From: Octopus sinensis
Lineage: Eukaryota
Direction of reading: 5' to 3'
DNA length: 6,730 nucleotides
Assembly (NCBI RefSeq): GCF_006345805.1
Contig: NW_021829242.1
Span: forward strand, 1 to 6,730
The position numbers and the translations under genes were made by a program. The notes under the pieces are model-generated. The model made no database searches, was not told the origin of the DNA, and saw only the letters and a list, made by a program, of their open reading frames with translations. Below are positions 5,249-6,730 of the stretch, piece by piece. Numbering within the stretch: the stretch's first letter is position 1; every line of letters begins with the position of its first letter.

Positions 5249-5837
5249 TACGCATATGTGCACACGCACACACACAATGACACGCACACGCACACAGATA
5301 TACGTACATGGCTACTTCGTCGATGTTTAAATTCCGATGAAAAAGATCCTGTTTCTGGGTCGGAAGACCAGCTCTTTCTGCTTTAGAGAGAAAAAAACAA
5401 AACGGAGAGCTTAAAAAATATGCAAACCGACACCAGTAACATTCACACATATACACACTCAAACACACATTATATATATACGCAGGTATACATACACATA
5501 GATACAATCGGGTCAGAGAGAGAAAAAAAACCCCGAATATGCCAGAAAGGAAACGAAAAAAATACAAAGAAGTAGAACTAAGCAAGGTCCTTCGTCACTG
5601 TCCCTTTCTCCTTCCACTCTGGATACACAACAAACAATCTTGCACGAAGATTCCCGTCGTTGTTTGCTTTTTTCCTTCTGTTTTTCTTTTTCGTTTTTTT
5701 TTTTTCGCTTTTTGTTTTGTTTTACGGTGGCAGCCATTTTCTTTTCTTTTTCTTCTCTTTCTGTCGTCTGCCTCGAACAACCAGTTTTGTGATTATGTCC
5801 CGTTCATCCATCAATGTCAAGAAAAGAGTAACAACAC

Positions 5838-6177
5838 GTATGCATGTATGTATGTATGTATGTATATATGTATGCGTGTATATATGTGTGTATATATATA
5901 TATGTAGGTATATATATATGTATATATATATATATATGTGTGTGTATATATATATTTACATATATATACATATATACATTGTGTATATATATATATATGT
6001 ACATATACATACATATACGTATATACATATATATATATATATATCTATGTGTATATATATACTTACTACGTACACAAACGCATATATATACACACATACC
6101 TACATACATACATAAATATATATATATATATATATATACATACACAAACACACACACACACACACACACATACACAC
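5838..6177. repeat. Compound microsatellite (TATG)n / (TA)n / (TG)n / (CA)n
   Basis: Directly visible; source of ORFs 5660-6115, 5804-6235, 5817-6014 and 5938-6189. Confidence 0.95.
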
Positions 6178-6513
6178 AAACATCTTTAAAAACCCAGGGG
6201 TTTTGGCAAGCTTTGGTTTCGAAATATAAAGCCATGTTCTTATTCTTTTTTGACTTTTATTACATTTTATTTATTTTTCGCATCTTTTCGTTATTTCTAT
6301 TTCCATTTTCTTTTTCTTTTTCATTTTCATTCTTCGCCCCCATTCTTTTAATGCAATTTTATCATTTATTTCTTTTTTTTCGTTACCCCCTACCACCTTT
6401 TTATTATTATTCCTCGTTTTATTTTTTTGTTGTTGTTTTTCTCTTTTTTCTTTTCATTTCGTGTCCCCATTTTGTTGGCGGGCAATTTGTCCTTCTTTAC
6501 ATTTTTATTCCAA

Positions 6514-6726
6514 ATCATCATCAGCATCATCATCGTCATCATCATCATAATCATCTTCTTCTTCTTCCTTTTCTTCTTCTTTTATTTTTCTCCTTCTTCT
6601 TCTTCTGCTACTTCTTCTGCTCCTTCTTCTTCTTTTTCTTCTTCTTCTTCTTCTTCTTCTTCTGCAACTTATTCTTCTTCTTCTCCTTCTTTTTTCTTCT
6701 TCTACTACTACTACTACTACTACTAC
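6514..6726. repeat. Compound trinucleotide microsatellite (CAT)n-(CTT)n-(TAC)n
   Basis: (CAT)n about 6514-6555, degenerate (CTT)n about 6555-6702, perfect (TAC)n about 6703-6726, preceded by a T-rich low-complexity tract. Confidence 0.93.
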
Positions 6727-6730
6727 AACG

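Noticed and set aside
5334-5374. Hammerhead-like CCGATGA-AAAA-GATCC-tgtttct-GGGTC-GGAAG
   Set aside because: A helix II-like stem is present, but U4, GAAA, the helix III palindrome and helix I all fail. At best a decayed relic; a family consensus would be needed to support it.
5513-5907. K-rich and F-rich ORFs 5513-5737, 5539-5907 and 5595-5780
   Set aside because: Composition is explained by poly-T/poly-A tracts; no recognisable domain.
6189-6204. Hairpin AAAACC-cagg-GGTTTT resembling a terminator or telomere-like motif
   Set aside because: A single 6-bp stem in eukaryotic low-complexity context, expected by chance; no tandem telomeric repeats.
380-6235. ORFs rich in YI/IY/HT/CV repeats (380-712, 1598-1795, 3122-3442, 4005-4271, 4024-4308, 4356-4553, 4369-4566, 4563-4895, 4828-5046, 5083-5295, 5133-5585, 5660-6115, 5804-6235, 5817-6014, 5938-6189)
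   Set aside because: They are translations of (TA)n/(CA)n/(TG)n tracts and SINE sequence, which lack stops in some frames; no protein signal.

Overview
Repeat-saturated, AT-rich eukaryotic DNA with no intact protein-coding gene. The tRNA-derived SINE family present here matches my recollection of octopus/cephalopod SINEs; this is an inference and was not checked against a database. Most ORFs in the supplied track are translations of (TA)n/(CA)n tracts or of SINE sequence. The window is a nest of retroelements separated by (TA)n arrays. (i) Three copies plus one head fragment of a tRNA-derived SINE, one flanked by a 36-bp direct repeat, and a deleted copy of a second SINE family. (ii) A 5'-truncated, frameshifted Penelope-like element (PLE; Neptune-type Cys linker plus GIY-YIG endonuclease) on the minus strand at about 2136-3967, interrupted by a SINE and carrying a hammerhead ribozyme (HHR) motif downstream of its ORF. 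(iii) Two long inverted-repeat, MITE-looking elements and one further TA-flanked element that also carry HHR motifs. The element at 1163-1526 has an identical HHR in each arm, on opposite strands, with a compensatory U3-A8 core in place of C3-G8. (iv) A tRNA-Thr(TGT)-like sequence split into two halves in opposite orientations that rejoin into a full cloverleaf. The most interesting signal is a set of five type I HHR motifs in four unrelated TA-flanked elements, all with a palindromic (dimer-type) helix III. This suggests non-autonomous, ribozyme-bearing PLE derivatives that look like MITEs. Ribozyme activity and mobility are predictions, not demonstrated.
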